A DNA stretch of 63,840 nucleotides, filler included, from Dimargaris cristalligena (taxonomy: Eukaryota), in NCBI GenBank assembly GCA_003614675.1. It is 3 parts of 3 records of this genome, joined end to end, with 100 filler letters (N's around TTAATTAATTAA, not from the genome) between each part and the next. Parts side by side here need not be neighbours in the genome. Positions count along the whole stretch, not along the records: positions 1 to 22,003 come from ML002646.1; positions 22,104 to 44,067 come from ML002647.1; 1 more part is not named here. One strand, 5' to 3'. A model generated the notes under the pieces. It saw only the letters and a list, made by a program, of their open reading frames with translations. It was not told the origin of the DNA and did not search any database. The position numbers and the translations under genes were made by a program. The first letter of the stretch is position 1. Every line of letters starts with the position of its first letter. Shown in pieces: positions 12,850 to 26,449 of this stretch.

Positions 12850-15097
12850 CTAGCGTACAAACGGTTGCCATAATTGCTCTTTAATGGCTCTGTAGGTGCC
12901 CATTTCTTCATCATCGCAGTGATCAATAGATGCCGACAGGTCCATTCTGAAGGGCGGTGGTGCAGTGTAGTTATTAGCACCACCGCCTTGATCAGCGATA
13001 GGGGTAGTGGTGGCTGCGATTGTTACCTCTCTTTGATTATCCAGATTATTGGCGGTATTTGCAGTGAAATGACGGATAGTAGACAGCTCCTCCACGACCG
13101 ACAAGAATGGTTGGTGTATATTATCGCCGCTAAGCAAGATCTTTTGATATCCTGAGCATGTCTCGTGTTCGGTGGGACAGGCGAACTCCCGGGCTCTCGT
13201 GGCGGCAACCTTTGAGGCGGATGGCCCTTTCGATGGCAAAACCGAAGACTCTAGAGTCTCCCCAATTTCGCTGTTTAGCACCTGAAGGGTCTCTGCCATT
13301 CCAGAATCGTCGACTACATCCATGCGCTATCAAAATATCACATTTATTAAAAGAATAATATGCCAAACGTGAGTGGTAATTATTCCAATATAATCCACTT
13401 TTGGCTTATGAAAGTATTTGGGCCATATGCTGGGGGTAGCAAAATGGTATTTACTTAACTTACACCAAAGGCGTCGGTTATGACTCGTTTTCGCGAAACC
13501 GCCAGTTCCTGATCAATCTGGTCAAGTATACTACTGGCGATTGTTAGAAAATCCGCATCCTATTACAAATAAATAAATTTATATTAAAGAAACAAACAAA
13601 CTCGCGACAGGTTATACTTACCATCCTGATCGGGATGGCAAAGACCAAACTGGGTTCTTATAAACATACTTTGTACATCCATATAGTCGCAGACATGGCT
13701 GGCATCGTGTCTCATTTATTGATTTTTTCTTTACTTACAGGGGCAGTTCCGATTCCACCACGCCTTTGGCGATTAGAGGCTTGGATATATATATCACGAC
13801 TTTGTCTATTAGCGGAAGTGTCTATTGAGGGAGGGTTATGCGGCTCTGGTGATTCCATCCGGTTACTAGTATTTATTAAAGTCTTGGGCTTCTGACCTTG
13901 GGCAATGCCGTTAGGATTTCCTGCGGCAAGGAACTCGGTCTCTGAAAAGGCAATAACAGCTGCACAAGGGTCAAGCGAAATAGGAGCACATGTGTTGGCC
14001 TCACGGTACCTAAGTCGGGCATAAAGCTTACACCGATATTGTAACTATCCGACCAAATCACTTATGGTCTCGGGTCTCGTAACCCAGATTGGACAGCATA
14101 TCCAATATTCGTAAAAATTACAAAAAAACAGCTTGTAGTGACATGTTTACCTTTCGGCGGGGCTTGCGGATCAGAGGGTCCTCCTATCTTTCCCCTATTT
14201 AGAAACCCAGCTTTCTTGGTCGTGTTTACCGCTGGCCGCAGCTGTATAACAGTTTCAGCATGGAGCAGAGTTGGTAGGAAATGCACGACATGTCATTATC
14301 AAAAGATAGGCATTCCGGCTAAGGCTGACAGAAAAATTGATGTCGAGAAAAGTAGACTACGCTCAATGGTGATTTGAGCTGCGGATCGCAATATTATTCG
14401 GAGGAGAAGCCTACGTTACTTACGGTGATGCGGGCAATTGGACCGACAGTAATCGGATCGAGCCTGGCTCTTCGACCAGATGTACGCTAATATATCCTCA
14501 GAAATAGGCGAGTGGGCGAACGGCTGGCTAGTCTCAGTTGTTGTAATTCCACAAGCTGCCTTCCCATTAACTCCTTCGACGCATTCTGTTGCGCGCCACA
14601 AGCTCAATAGCAAGCATAGCTAATTATAGCCAAGCTCTGATTTCAAAAGGAAACTATACCTTGGGGGGCTTCGCTATCATATTGCGGCGAGCATGCTTAC
14701 GGTCTGGAGTCCGAATTATCATTATTATTATCATCATTCACGGTGTTAAAATAGTGACGTGAGGGAAAGACTGGGAAAGTCTACTAACCCAATGATATCG
14801 ACAATCCAGCAAAAAAATACAATGTTGTATGGGTAGTGAGGTTTGGTGGTCGCTGGAGAGGTATTGTAGCTTACGCCTTTCGATGTGCTTACCCTTTGTC
14901 GGTTGTGTCTTTGCCGGTTGACGTGTTTGGGCCTCGCTGAGATGGGGTGAATTCCCTTTATCCGGATTCGGCGGCTCATCGCTTGTGGAGTTGGGCCCAT
15001 TGCCGCCACAGGATGACGAATCCAGTTGCGCTTGCCAAATGTGACGGTCAAGATTGAATTGGTGTTGGTCGAGGTAGTCGTATAGAAATGGGGACAT
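12850..15097 (-). CDS. multi-exon hypothetical protein (internal exon structure only partly resolved)
   Basis: ATG at 15097 (MSPFLYDYLDQHQF). GTAAG donors near 14891, 14420, 13621 and 13463. Exon DADFLTIASSILDQIDQELAVSRKRVITDAFG splices in frame to the terminal exon RMDVVDDSG...WQPFVR*. Confidence 0.5.
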
Positions 15098-17386
15098 GGT
15101 AAGCCGAGGTGGAAAACTGCGAAAGAGTAAAAGTCTAAAGCGGCCTGTAAACCAGCTTTGCCCCGGGGTAGACTTGAAAGTGGGCTGCACCCATGTGCAT
15201 GGTCGTTTCGCTCTCCCGTCTCCGTGAAGTCTAGAATAATGGTTGAACAACGGAGGGGTAGTGCAAGTACACTCAGGGGATATGGGCAGCCGATGGAGGC
15301 GGTATATACCAGTGAGCACCCGCAGTATAGAATAAACTTGGTGGGGAGTTGGTTAGAGTTTCTGCCAACAGTGATCAATGCGCAGGTAATGTTTGAATCA
15401 CACGGACTAAGTAATCGCCTTCTAATGGGTTAATCGGAACAAGCCTTCTTACTTTGGGATATGACTGGGATTAAGGATCTAATGTAAGCTGTGGGTTGAG
15501 CTTTTTGAAGAATGTAGCCATAGTACATTTCGGACTACCAAACTAACCATGTGACCCTGATGAAGTCTACATTATGCCTCTGGGATAGGTTGAATGTATA
15601 TCTAGGCAATGGATTACAGGAACATAGGCCCCCAAGAAATATTGATTGAAGAATCACTGGCAGTCCCGAAAGGCAAGACATGTATAAGGACCGGGTTAAA
15701 ACCATTAGATTGGCCCTGGAAATTAAATTCCAACAGATACTACACTGGCAAATAAACTACCCTGTTCCACTAAATTCTAATCTCAGACAACTCGTTTCAT
15801 ATTTGGGACATCATGCTATGTTAATTATTATTTCTTATGACAAATGTTCCCAGTACAACAAACCACGGCTGTTTACCAATACCATTTAGGGTCCCTACTC
15901 TACTATGGTTTGCATTGCGGTCATTGCTGGCAAGCATACCGGTGAATTGGGGGGTAAACATAGTGTTACATTTAGGTCGAGGGGGACTGGTATTTAGGTT
16001 TAACGAGTAGGGTCTGGGGCTTTTGAGATATACATGATTATTTTATTAGAACATAAAGAACTCACAATATTGCAAGTTAATCATTATTTTATACTCTGGG
16101 TGCATCAGTATTGATGGTAAGTCTTGTAACTGTTCGCTCTCCACTTGACGGTGCACTCTCGCTGGAGGAGTCATGTGACCACTCTCATTTGGGGGGACTG
16201 ATTCCGTCAGATGGTTGTAATAGGACCACTTGCAAATAAAATTAAAACAGTAGATGTCAATTGATTTGGGAGAACTACACGGTAGAGTTATTGCAGCATT
16301 GCCTATGAGTAGGGGTGGAGCTGGCCAACAGTCCACGAGGGGACCATTGTACCACTCCATAATGACAGGGGGTCAAGCACCAATGTAAAATAAAGGCGAC
16401 CGGCAATTGATATTTGCTTTATTTCATATTTTTTTATTGGCATTATACATGGGGTTCTTTACTATAATTGCCATTGAATGGGCACATGTGAGTATATGGA
16501 GCAGTGTCAATCAGGCTGTATGATGGAAACCCCGTTTAATGGTGCAGGCAGCTTTAACTAGTAATAGATAACCTGCCTATATCCTCTATATATACATAAT
16601 TTACTATCTTATGCAGTTGAGTTGGAGTTTGCCCATATTTTTATTGGTATAGGAATGCCTAGGGAAAGGCGCCGCCTTGGCTAGGAGATGGCGGGAACGG
16701 GAGCGGTTGGTTTTGATAACGCCCGGCATGAGGGACTCCTTTTGTCCAGCTGGATGTTACACTGGCTATGGTAGTGATCAATTGGCCTGTTACAAGGCAA
16801 AAACTGGGAGAGAGAGAACGGGTCCATTGCAAGGGGGGAAGGGCGAAGGGGCCAAGGCAACACAATGAGCCCCGTTACACGTCGAATTCCCAATCGATTG
16901 TTCCCGGATCACATTGGTTGTCTCGATTGCCTGGCTTGCGGGCCACCAACTTTTTAACGAATAGCCTGCCGCCTCCCCAACCAAGTCTCTGAGGTAGTTA
17001 TGGCAACCCACTGTTATATTTTTGCGCAATACCCCTGTAACTACAGCCCCCCTGCTCCATGTGCTATTTTTTATGACTTAATGGAGGTCTCTACAGTTCT
17101 ATCCGACGTAAATGGCCAGGTATTGACGCTGTAAGCCCCTCTGACGCCTAGGGAAATAGTTGAGCCTACGATTAACTAACGGCTCTATTGGCTGAGCGTT
17201 GGTGGATAAAATCGCCATTAATGGCAAACATATAAATGATGGCCCACTTCCCCGGTCTTTCTCCCATGTATCCTACCAGTTAACTAGTGTTTTTTTTTGG
17301 TAGCTATATTTTTATATGACCCACAGTCACCCGCCCCCTCTAGTCACTCCTTTTCCGCCTTTACGTCCACCACCACTATTACCACC

Positions 17387-19270
17387 ATGCAGCCAGTGCG
17401 GATGGGCATTACTGGCCTAACCACCCTTGCTCTCGTCCTCCAGCTCCAAGCAACCCCCTCCCTAGCTGGCAATGCCTTTTCCACGTATGGGGCCTTGCCC
17501 TTCAAACCGGTACAGGAAGCCCATCTATACAGTGCCCCTCCTGTGTCTATTAGCCAGATACTAGACAACTCGAAGAAGCAACCATTTGCAAGTAAATCTG
17601 TTAAATTTTATACATGGAAGATACCTTGTATATTTCTTTTAGCTTAAATATAGCTCATGTATGTGTCATATTGGACAAAATAATTATATATTCTTTACCA
17701 GGCGACTCTACAACTGTGGCATGCTAATGTAGTTTAGTTCATCTGGCTCGACAGCCTTTTCGTCCTTGCATATATATTCAGTTAGGTTAATATTCGGCAT
17801 AAATATAACTGATACTAATTGGATTTACTATCATCTTTTCGTTTCTTTCGCTACTATGCTACTTCGAAATTATATGATAATTAGAAGGATTACATAGCTC
17901 TTCGAAACAACCTGTCGCTGTTCAAGAAGAGTAGTCTATCGATAGACGATACCTGCGAGGCTGCATGGACTTGGAAAGGGCTCATGGACCAACAGATTAC
18001 CAGTTCGGTATTTTTCGAGGCCTATGATAACCACGCCCATAACATTCACCTTCTTCAAGGAGTACTGAACGGTGCCGATCACGATGAAGGTTTTTGGAAC
18101 GTAATCACCGACACGCTCTATTATGTGACAAATAATCAAGACAATCCCCTTATCCAGCAGGGTGCGTGGCGAGTTATTAACCCCACCAACGTTTTGAAAT
18201 TACCGCTATCCAACGGAGAAGTTCATTTGCCCTTGCTGGCCCTCGTGGACGAGTGGCCTGCTGGTTCCTCGGTATGGGAGGTTGTACAAGTTCTTCTTAA
18301 CCAAGGCCTTAGCCAGATGGCTATATTGTGCCAAGATTCGGAGAAACCTCTGTTCGACCAGGCGCTATTTAATGGCTCATTGGAGGTCTTCGCTTCGTCG
18401 TCTGATTATTTCCCTATTTGGATGAATGTGGTGTTTAAGGATTACTTCAAGAACACTTTGGCTATTGTAATGGCCCGCCTGTCCACGACCGGTAAGTTGA
18501 AAGACCTCCAAGAATTGATGCGGGAAGAAGTCCTTTTGCCCTGGATTACAGAGCAGGGCCACTCAATGCGTCTGGACGAATATGATTCCATGGACTTGTA
18601 TTCCCAATTTAATCGACTGGCCATCGTATTGGCAGCCGTAGCCGGCAATGAATCTGCCTTGACACAGTTCACGCAGGCCTATACCGAGGAGCTCGAATCG
18701 GACAGCCGAATCAATAGTTATCAAATCCTGATTATCAAACGTCGGTTTGTACAGGAAATCCGGGAAAACATGGGACTGCCTCGGAGTGCCGAATTTCTAG
18801 AGTCCAGCTGGCAACTTTCATCCGAGCAGCAGGCAGAGAATGCTCCGGTGGGTGGAGTGGATAACGATAACAATGCCGGCGATGATGACGACTATGGCTT
18901 TGATGATATTGTCGAGGAATACATCGATATTCCTATAGTGCGTCAGCTACATTTGACCGACGATAACCAAATGGGCCTTATGTTACCAGCTTTCATGTTA
19001 ACGAAAAATACCGAGGCGGAATTACCTGACTTGGGGACCTGGCCGTATTGGGAATACGATATCGATTTCTTTAAAGCGGTTATTGAACCCGGGTTTCTCC
19101 CTTTTATCAAGTGTCTTAAAACTTCGATCGCGGCGCCCCCCCCCCTGAACTTCATAATTCTTACAGTCCACAATTTCGCCAGAACCTTGAAAAATGTCGG
19201 GTTGAAGCTAATAATTCCGGAACTTAAGCTGACCGTATCCCAATACCTCCCCCAAACGCGAGTGAATTAA
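17387..19270 (+). CDS. lineage-specific secreted protein (exons 17387-17587, 17885-19270; GC-AG intron)
   Basis: Signal peptide MQPVRMGITGLTTLALVLQLQATPSLAG. A GCAAGT donor at 17588 and TAG at 17884 give a phase-0 join in frame with the 428-aa ORF. Confidence 0.7.
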
Positions 19271-20719
19271 AATAGCCACGTATATTAGTTATACCCGTAA
19301 GTGGTATTGAATCTTATCTGATTTGACCACCCCGTCCATCTAGTCCCTATCTATTCATATAAATATAGTCCATGTTTAACGAAAGTATTCACCACGCTTT
19401 GGGCTCACATTGGAGCCTCTCCGTATTGCAATATTTCGAATCAAATGTGCCCAAGAGAGTGGGCGAGGTTTTGGATCCTTATTATAATAGCCCAGTCTAT
19501 CAATACCGCATTCCGCTACATGACTACGTTGGACTTATCATGCATTAACCGACTATAACCTGCGATGAGTTCCAATTAGTATGGTCGCCTCTGTAAAGCG
19601 CTTTTCGTTTCTCTTCCAGTCTCAACGCAAGTTCGTCAACTACGGGGTTTTCTGCAGCTATTGTTAATTCACACCCACGGCCGAGATACCTAGCAAGCGC
19701 GGTGGATATACGAAATACTAAGAAAGAGCAATACCATTTGTCTTGCGAAGACTGGAAATTCACCCCAATTCCGTGGTTTCTCTACGCACGACCCCCGGCT
19801 ACCAGTTTTTAATCATATGCATCGTACAAGGCGCATCCTTTTAATCCATTCTAACCAATGCTATAGCACCTGCCGCTCATATTACAGGATTGTCGGGTTG
19901 TTAGCATCAGCCTCTTCACCAATTTTCGGCTGCTACTCAGCACTGGCTTTTGTTGTAGGATATACCTACCCCCTGAAGAATGGGACTGTCGACTACTGAC
20001 TATTGAGCCAGGCGACTCCTCAGCCCCCCTATCACTACTAAACATGGGACTTTGCTCTTTTATGCTGCATACTTTCCCAAGCTATACCCTTCAGTCTTCT
20101 ATTATTATAATTGCCTTGACTCCCGTTCGGTCGTTTTGTTACTTTTATAGTCCCCTCACAGCTGGTTTACGGTAGAGTTCCCAAATGGTCGTAAACTAAG
20201 CTACCCAGATAAAAAGAGGTGGGCTACATACATATTAATCTAACAGCTCAAATGGGGTATCCAGAGATGATTGACTCCACCTACTTTCTATCGCTTTTTC
20301 CCGCCACTTCGTAAACTCATCCCTTCAATCCCTGACTCATCGATACTATTTACCAAGGCATTGTCATACAACACACCCAGTCAGTGTATAGCCTACTCAG
20401 CAATCCTACGTACAACCCGATACAAAAGTTTGCCTTATTGATTTCATCTTTATTTTTAAAAGCAATGGAGGTGTCTGACGGCCCGGGAGCGTAAGTTTCT
20501 AATATGAGCGGAACAAGTTATGGGCAATGCATTGATAGTGATAGGTATTCCAGGGTGGGCATGGAATGGCTGTCAGCGCTAGGAACCAGTCCCAGGGCTC
20601 AGTATAAACATACCTTTGGAAGTAAGGGTGGTGGTGGTTGGTCAGGCGGACTTGAGTTGACGGGTTTTGGTATTAGGATCAAGGTCGCCGGGTCCGCCCC
20701 CTCTATACGCGAATTTGAC

Positions 20720-20863
20720 TCAACGAGCCATCTCGCCAACTGATTTCGATATCGACTTGACTTTGCCTGTTACTTTGTCGAGGAGTGGGTCGGCTATGAC
20801 TATGGGTGCTAGGATAGAAATGAGGCAGCCCATAATGAGAACAGAGAGACGAGGGAAATGCAT
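20720..20863 (-). CDS. small secreted peptide precursor, 47 aa (below ORF-track cutoff)
   Basis: MHFPRLSVLIMGCLISILAPIVIA-DPLLDKVTGKVKSISKSVGEMAR*. AAAATG start context, CT-rich leader, TATAAAAA about 210 nt upstream. Confidence 0.55.
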   Translation of the reverse strand: MHFPRLSVLIMGCLISILAPIVIADPLLDKVTGKVKSISKSVGEMAR

Positions 20864-22003
20864 TTTGAAGGAAGCTCAGTGACTCAACGAAGACGGGAAG
20901 CTAAGTGAGGCGGGTGAAATGGGTAAACGGCAAAGTGACTGTCGAGGGAGCAATAGAGATAATGCCGTACGTGAACGGTGGTATAAAATGGGGATGATAG
21001 AGATGGTGTAGGGTGGGTGTAGATGAAGTTCTTGTGAAGAAATGTGAGCTCGAAACAGAGCGACCCTAACTCACTTTTTATACTGTCGATGGGCTATGGG
21101 CAGAAAACCCCAATATCAATAGGAAATGGTGACCACGATTGTTTAGGCACGGGGTGGAAGGAAATTAGTAAACTCAAGTCAATATCCCCTCCACTTGACC
21201 AGCTTACAGCCCTATTCCTGTGGCATCCAACAACAGGTAAAAGGATCGCTCTTCCTATTCTCTTTAATGGGAGGATGATAATCTATTACCTTAGGGCTTT
21301 GTTAACTGATGTGTACCAATATATATTATATATTATGAAAGAGTAATTTGACCATCATTTTGTACTACAAAGATGGCTGGATATACCCCTGCAATGGCTA
21401 TAGCGCCTTAGCTGCTGCCATGCCAACAGCCCTGTCCGCGTGTAATGGAAACTGGTGTAGGCTACCAGTGCGACAGGTAGCACCAATTGGCTGCAGGGTA
21501 TCGGCTAGATAGGTTTACCGTGGCTTTTTAGCCGATTTACTATACAGTGCTATCAATATAGTCAGTTCGCCCTAAATATAAAGATCTGACGTATATTATA
21601 GAGCACTTATTACGTAGGATCCAGAATTAGGCATTTCTCGATAAATCTTATGAATGCACTCCTCCGCTGTGTTATCAAAAACACTTTGCCGGTCATTGGG
21701 AGGAAATCTATTGGTCTCTCAATCACCTATTTCTCGTCCAGACACCCCCCTAGTTTAATCAACCCCGATTTACGCATCTATCTACCCAGGTTTTCTTTGA
21801 ATGCCTTTTTAATATAGGGGGAATAGACCACCACTGTAATCCATCACCACCATTGTCCCACCTCTTCCCCTCTTCCTTCCTTTTTCTTTCCCCTTCCCTC
21901 TGCCCTTTCTCTCCCCTTCTCGTCGTGCATCTGCAATTTGGGCCAATCTGTTAGAGGACTAACCAATAGTAAACCCGATATGGGACATATATAGTGAATC
22001 AAT

Positions 22004-22103
22004 NNNNNNNNNNNNNNNNNNNNNNNNNNNNNNNNNNNNNNNNNNNNTTAATTAATTAANNNNNNNNNNNNNNNNNNNNNNNNNNNNNNNNNNNNNNNNN
22101 NNN
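22004..22103. other. assembly gap / artificial linker
   Basis: N-run containing TTAATTAATTAA (stops in all six frames), 100 nt. Confidence 0.97.

Positions 22104-22158
<55 letters not shown>
22104..22158. repeat. (GTA)n microsatellite at contig edge
   Basis: About 18 perfect GTA units. Confidence 0.95.
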
Positions 22159-24218
22159 GTGTTCATTATGTTAACCGTACTTCCCGATGGTGCGAGGTCG
22201 TACGGACGGACACTTCAAGTCCGCCAAGGTATCACCCACCATGGCACAGACGATAGAGTTAACCGCACTCCCCCCCTGGTCATGCCTGAGGGCGTTCATG
22301 GGGGACATTTCGCGGTGGTGGTGGTGGTGCTGGGTGAAAAAGCCCTCTCCCCTCTTTTTCCCCTATTTTTCTTGGGCGATTGTTCTTTTTTTGGATGCTG
22401 GTCTGAAATAATGAACTGACTTAGGTCACTACTACGGCTGGGCTTGGCAACCCAATGCCCCACTCCGGTCGCACACCTTTACCTGCAGTGTGACAGCCTC
22501 CCTCCCCCTCTCAGCAAAAGGAATCCACTTGGTATTATTCCGGCTTACAATACCCTCACGCCCACACGATTATCTGTTGATGTGCCAACTGGACGGCCAT
22601 TGCTGCACTGACTGCGCCCTTCCCAAGTCAGCTGCGTTATACCCGCGCTTTAGAGGACCATATACCGCTTATTCTAAGATTTAACGGGTTGTTCTCAGTA
22701 GCCCTGCGCTTCGCTGCAGGCTCATTCGAGGTGCTCTCCCTCACTCTCTAGTTCTCTCCTATGCTTCTTCAACACAGCCATCCGCGCTCATCGGGGGCAC
22801 TCTCCTCTGTAGTAATTCTAGAGGGCGGGGTCATAATGAAAAAGCCGTGGCGAGCGGGCCATTCCAATCATAACCTCCCAACTCAATAATGCAGGTGAAG
22901 AATGTACCAGCGACATGGGGTCGATGAAAAGAAGGACTTAATGAATCAGGAGAATGCCCATGGAGACCAACGCGGTACGAGTAGTACATGTATTCCGTAA
23001 TTCGTTATACCAGAATTATTAACCAGCGTAGGGTGAATAGACGTTAATATGGGGGTAAGGAGGAGGAGGAGTGAGAGGAGAGGGACCGTAAATAAGCAAT
23101 AGCGAGAGAGAGAGAAAAAGGGAGAAGCGGAGGGAAGAAGCAATAGTATTGCGAATTTATAATACTAGTTTTGGGGGGTTCATCCCTTCATAATTATCAC
23201 ATCACCGCCTGGATTGATTTGGTGGCTGCCTGGCCTATCCTGCCGCTCCTCTCCCTTGTTTATCGGTCACTCATTTTCTCTCCTGTCTCCGACCATCGCC
23301 TCATCCAATGGTGGTATAAAACCAAGGCCTCCGCCTCCTTCCCCTTTGATTATCACTTTCCTCAACCTTCCTCCCATCTAGGCCACATTGCCCCTTCTTG
23401 TCAGTTCTCGCTCCCGGTCCACTACCGACTCCTGTTCCACATTCCCCCTAAAAATCCCCCTAAAACTCCGACCCGACCCAACCTCCTCTCCCTTTCGTTC
23501 CCTGGTCCCCCGATCATCGCTTTTCATTAACCCCACTCCGCTCCAAAGTGTTGCTATTTCTACCGCGCCACTCCCACTCCCGTTCGCGGCCATTTGCTAT
23601 ATATTATTCCACCCGAAAACTACCCTTACCCTCCGCGCCAATCAATACGCACAAGCCTCTCTCTCCCCCCTCCTCCTCTATTCCGAGCCGATTGTTTAAC
23701 GCCAGCGGACCCGCACCTGCAGGTGGTCTTCGTCGCACCGACCTCACGCACAGTCGCCCTGCATTATCGATTACCCTTGCCTTTAGAACCCTCTTCATTC
23801 GGTCCATCTGCCAGCTTACCCCACCTTGCTTAAATGACTCTTTGACCATCGGCTGACTTGACCCTCCTCTCGCTCCACCTTTTATTATTTTTATTTTTTG
23901 CTTATTTATTAAAACGAGCCACGCCAAAAATTCATTATTCAACACGAAAATCACATTCTCCCGCCTCGCCACATTTCATTCATTTAGTTATACTTTTTCA
24001 TTCATTTATTTATTGACCCACTGTCATACCCTGCACATTCTTTCCGGTCTAGAACCGGTCCATTGTATTGTTTGACGACCCCTGTTCCCGTCTATTACCT
24101 CATACATTCATATTATATTCACGGCCTTTTATATTACTTTGACCACACACACACACACACACATATATATATCTATATATATAGATATTTATAGTTGGTC
24201 TACCAATTAGTTCACAAA

Positions 24219-25989
24219 ATGAATTTCTCATCAAGCGTTCCCGGCGAAAGCCTCATCAGTGCCACCACCAAACGTCTTTCCGCCGCTTACCAACACCGCC
24301 GCAACCGGTCCAATACGCGCGGCAGCGGAGATACTATCCTTGACGCCTACAACGCAACCTACCCCCAGCCCACCCACAATTCAATCCCCCTCCAGGATTC
24401 CGCTATCGGCGTTAATAACATGAGTAATGGCGGCGGCTACCCCATGAATAACAGCAGCCATACCCTGGGTAACGGCAGTGGCGTAAATGTAAATGTAAAC
24501 GCCAGTAATGGTAACGGTAATGGTCATGCCGGTCGCCGCTACGTTCACACCGGCGTCGACCATTCCTATACGTCACCAGCCACCACCGCCAGCTCCACTC
24601 CCCCCCTATGGCGTCAGTCCCAACCAACCGGGCCTGGTGGGTCCCATCGATATTCCCGGTATGACTAAGCATAACGGCGGCAGCAGTCGCCCCAAAGTGG
24701 ACTATGCTCCTTCCGTCTGTTCGAGCTTCGAGTATTCCGCTCCCAACAGCGGCAACAGCGGCAATAGCGGTAAAAGTGGTGCGCATGGAGTGGCGAATGG
24801 CCACGGAAGCAGTGGCGGAGGTGTGTTCGGAAGCTCTTTGGCTCCTTCCAGTGCCCTGGGGATGGATTACCGACCCCCGATGGCTGTGCATAATATGGCC
24901 GCCCCACCGCTGCCCCCCACCCTCGACCACAACCAACGGACATCCCCCTCGAAAAAACAGCCCTATCCTAATGGAGTCGGCAACCCCCCGCCGCCACAGC
25001 CACTTAAACAGCACTCTCAGCATCACCCCCAGCAGTCCCACCCGAATCATCATCCCCACAATCACCACCAGAAGCAGCAGCACCACCACCAACCGCACCC
25101 TCCCCATCCAGCCAAGCAATCCCCGCACCATAATAATAACCCCATGGCGGAGTTTCCGGGTGTACCCATTCCATCCACCACCCTTATTAGCCATGGCACG
25201 GGTCTCCAAACGGCATCCAATCATCCCCACCGCCGGTCCATTAGCCACCAGAACCAACACCCCATGCCGTACGCGTCGAACGGCGGCGGAAGTAGTGGTG
25301 GCCACTCCCCCGTTTCGGCGGGTATATCCATGATGGGGAACCGAAGCAGCACCGGCATGGGTGGTAGTAGTACTGCCTCGGGCACCACTTCCTCTTCGAC
25401 CAATGCCATCAATGCTGGTGGTGCCTCTTCCTCCCTGCACACCCTCACCGACGCCGAGCGGCACCAACTCCAACACTGGTTCCGAACCGTTGACAAGGAC
25501 CACGACGGCCATCTCAGTGCCGAACAACTCCAATCCGTTCTTCTCAACGGCGACTGGAGCAAATTCAATCTCGAGACCGTTCACCTCCTCCTTTCCCTCT
25601 TTGACCAAGACGGGTCGGGCACCTTAACTTTACCGGAATTCGAAAACCTCTGGCGGTACATTACCGAATGGCGCGCCTGTTTCGCCCAGTTTGACGACCA
25701 CCGGTCCGGCACACTTCGCCCGTCCCAATTCAAACGTGCCCTACGGGCTTTCGGGTACGGTTTGGATAATGATGACCTGGTGGCCCTCACTATCCGGCGG
25801 TTCGATTGCGGCCGGGGTAACCGCGAAATTACGATTGATAACTTTATTCAGGCATGTGTGACCATCAAGGGCTCGCGGGACGCGTTTAATTACTTAAGGC
25901 CCGATAACGAAGGGTGCATCCGGATAACGTACCCGCAGTTGATTCGGTTGGTCATGAACGATAGCTCGCTCTACCGTAAACGGCGCTAG
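24219..25989 (+). CDS. penta-EF-hand protein (peflin/ALG-2/Pef1-like) with long low-complexity N-terminus; frame switch at C7 run 24600-24606
   Basis: EF loops DKDHDGHLSAEQL, DQDGSGTLTLPEF and DDHRSGTLRPSQF, plus LWRYITEW and ALRAFGY. The N-terminal part is in a different frame (24219-24668). Confidence 0.85.
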
Positions 25990-26449
25990 ATGCGTTAGGG
26001 CGGAAGAGGCTGGCTTGGTGGAGAAAAATAGGTTCGTTAGTGTACACTCTCATTAGGTTTGCCCCTCCCCAGCTTGGCCTCATATTCCCCTTTCCTAAAC
26101 CACACCGGGGCCTTCTCCTCTTCCCATGCCACCTAAAAGTTGATTGACGAAATATTAATAGTTATATAGTCGGTATATTCCTCGCCTTACAGTCGTATTA
26201 TTGTTTCCCATACTTCAATTTTTGTGAACTCCGATTAACGATGGGCATTTTGATGAACCACGCGGAAGGATAACCGGTATAGCTTTATTTGCATGCATAC
26301 AAATCCCTGGAACTGTTATATTTTCGGGCTGGTCCCCCAATTTCCATATACCAACCGGTCTCACACGAGAAGCTGATAAACTCACCTCATTCAGCAAAAC
26401 TAAGAAATAAATGATTTGATATTTCCATCAAACCCACATATTAAACCCT

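Noticed and set aside
22048..22059. TTAATTAATTAA palindrome within Ns (also 44112-44123)
   Set aside because: Artificial linker, not biological.
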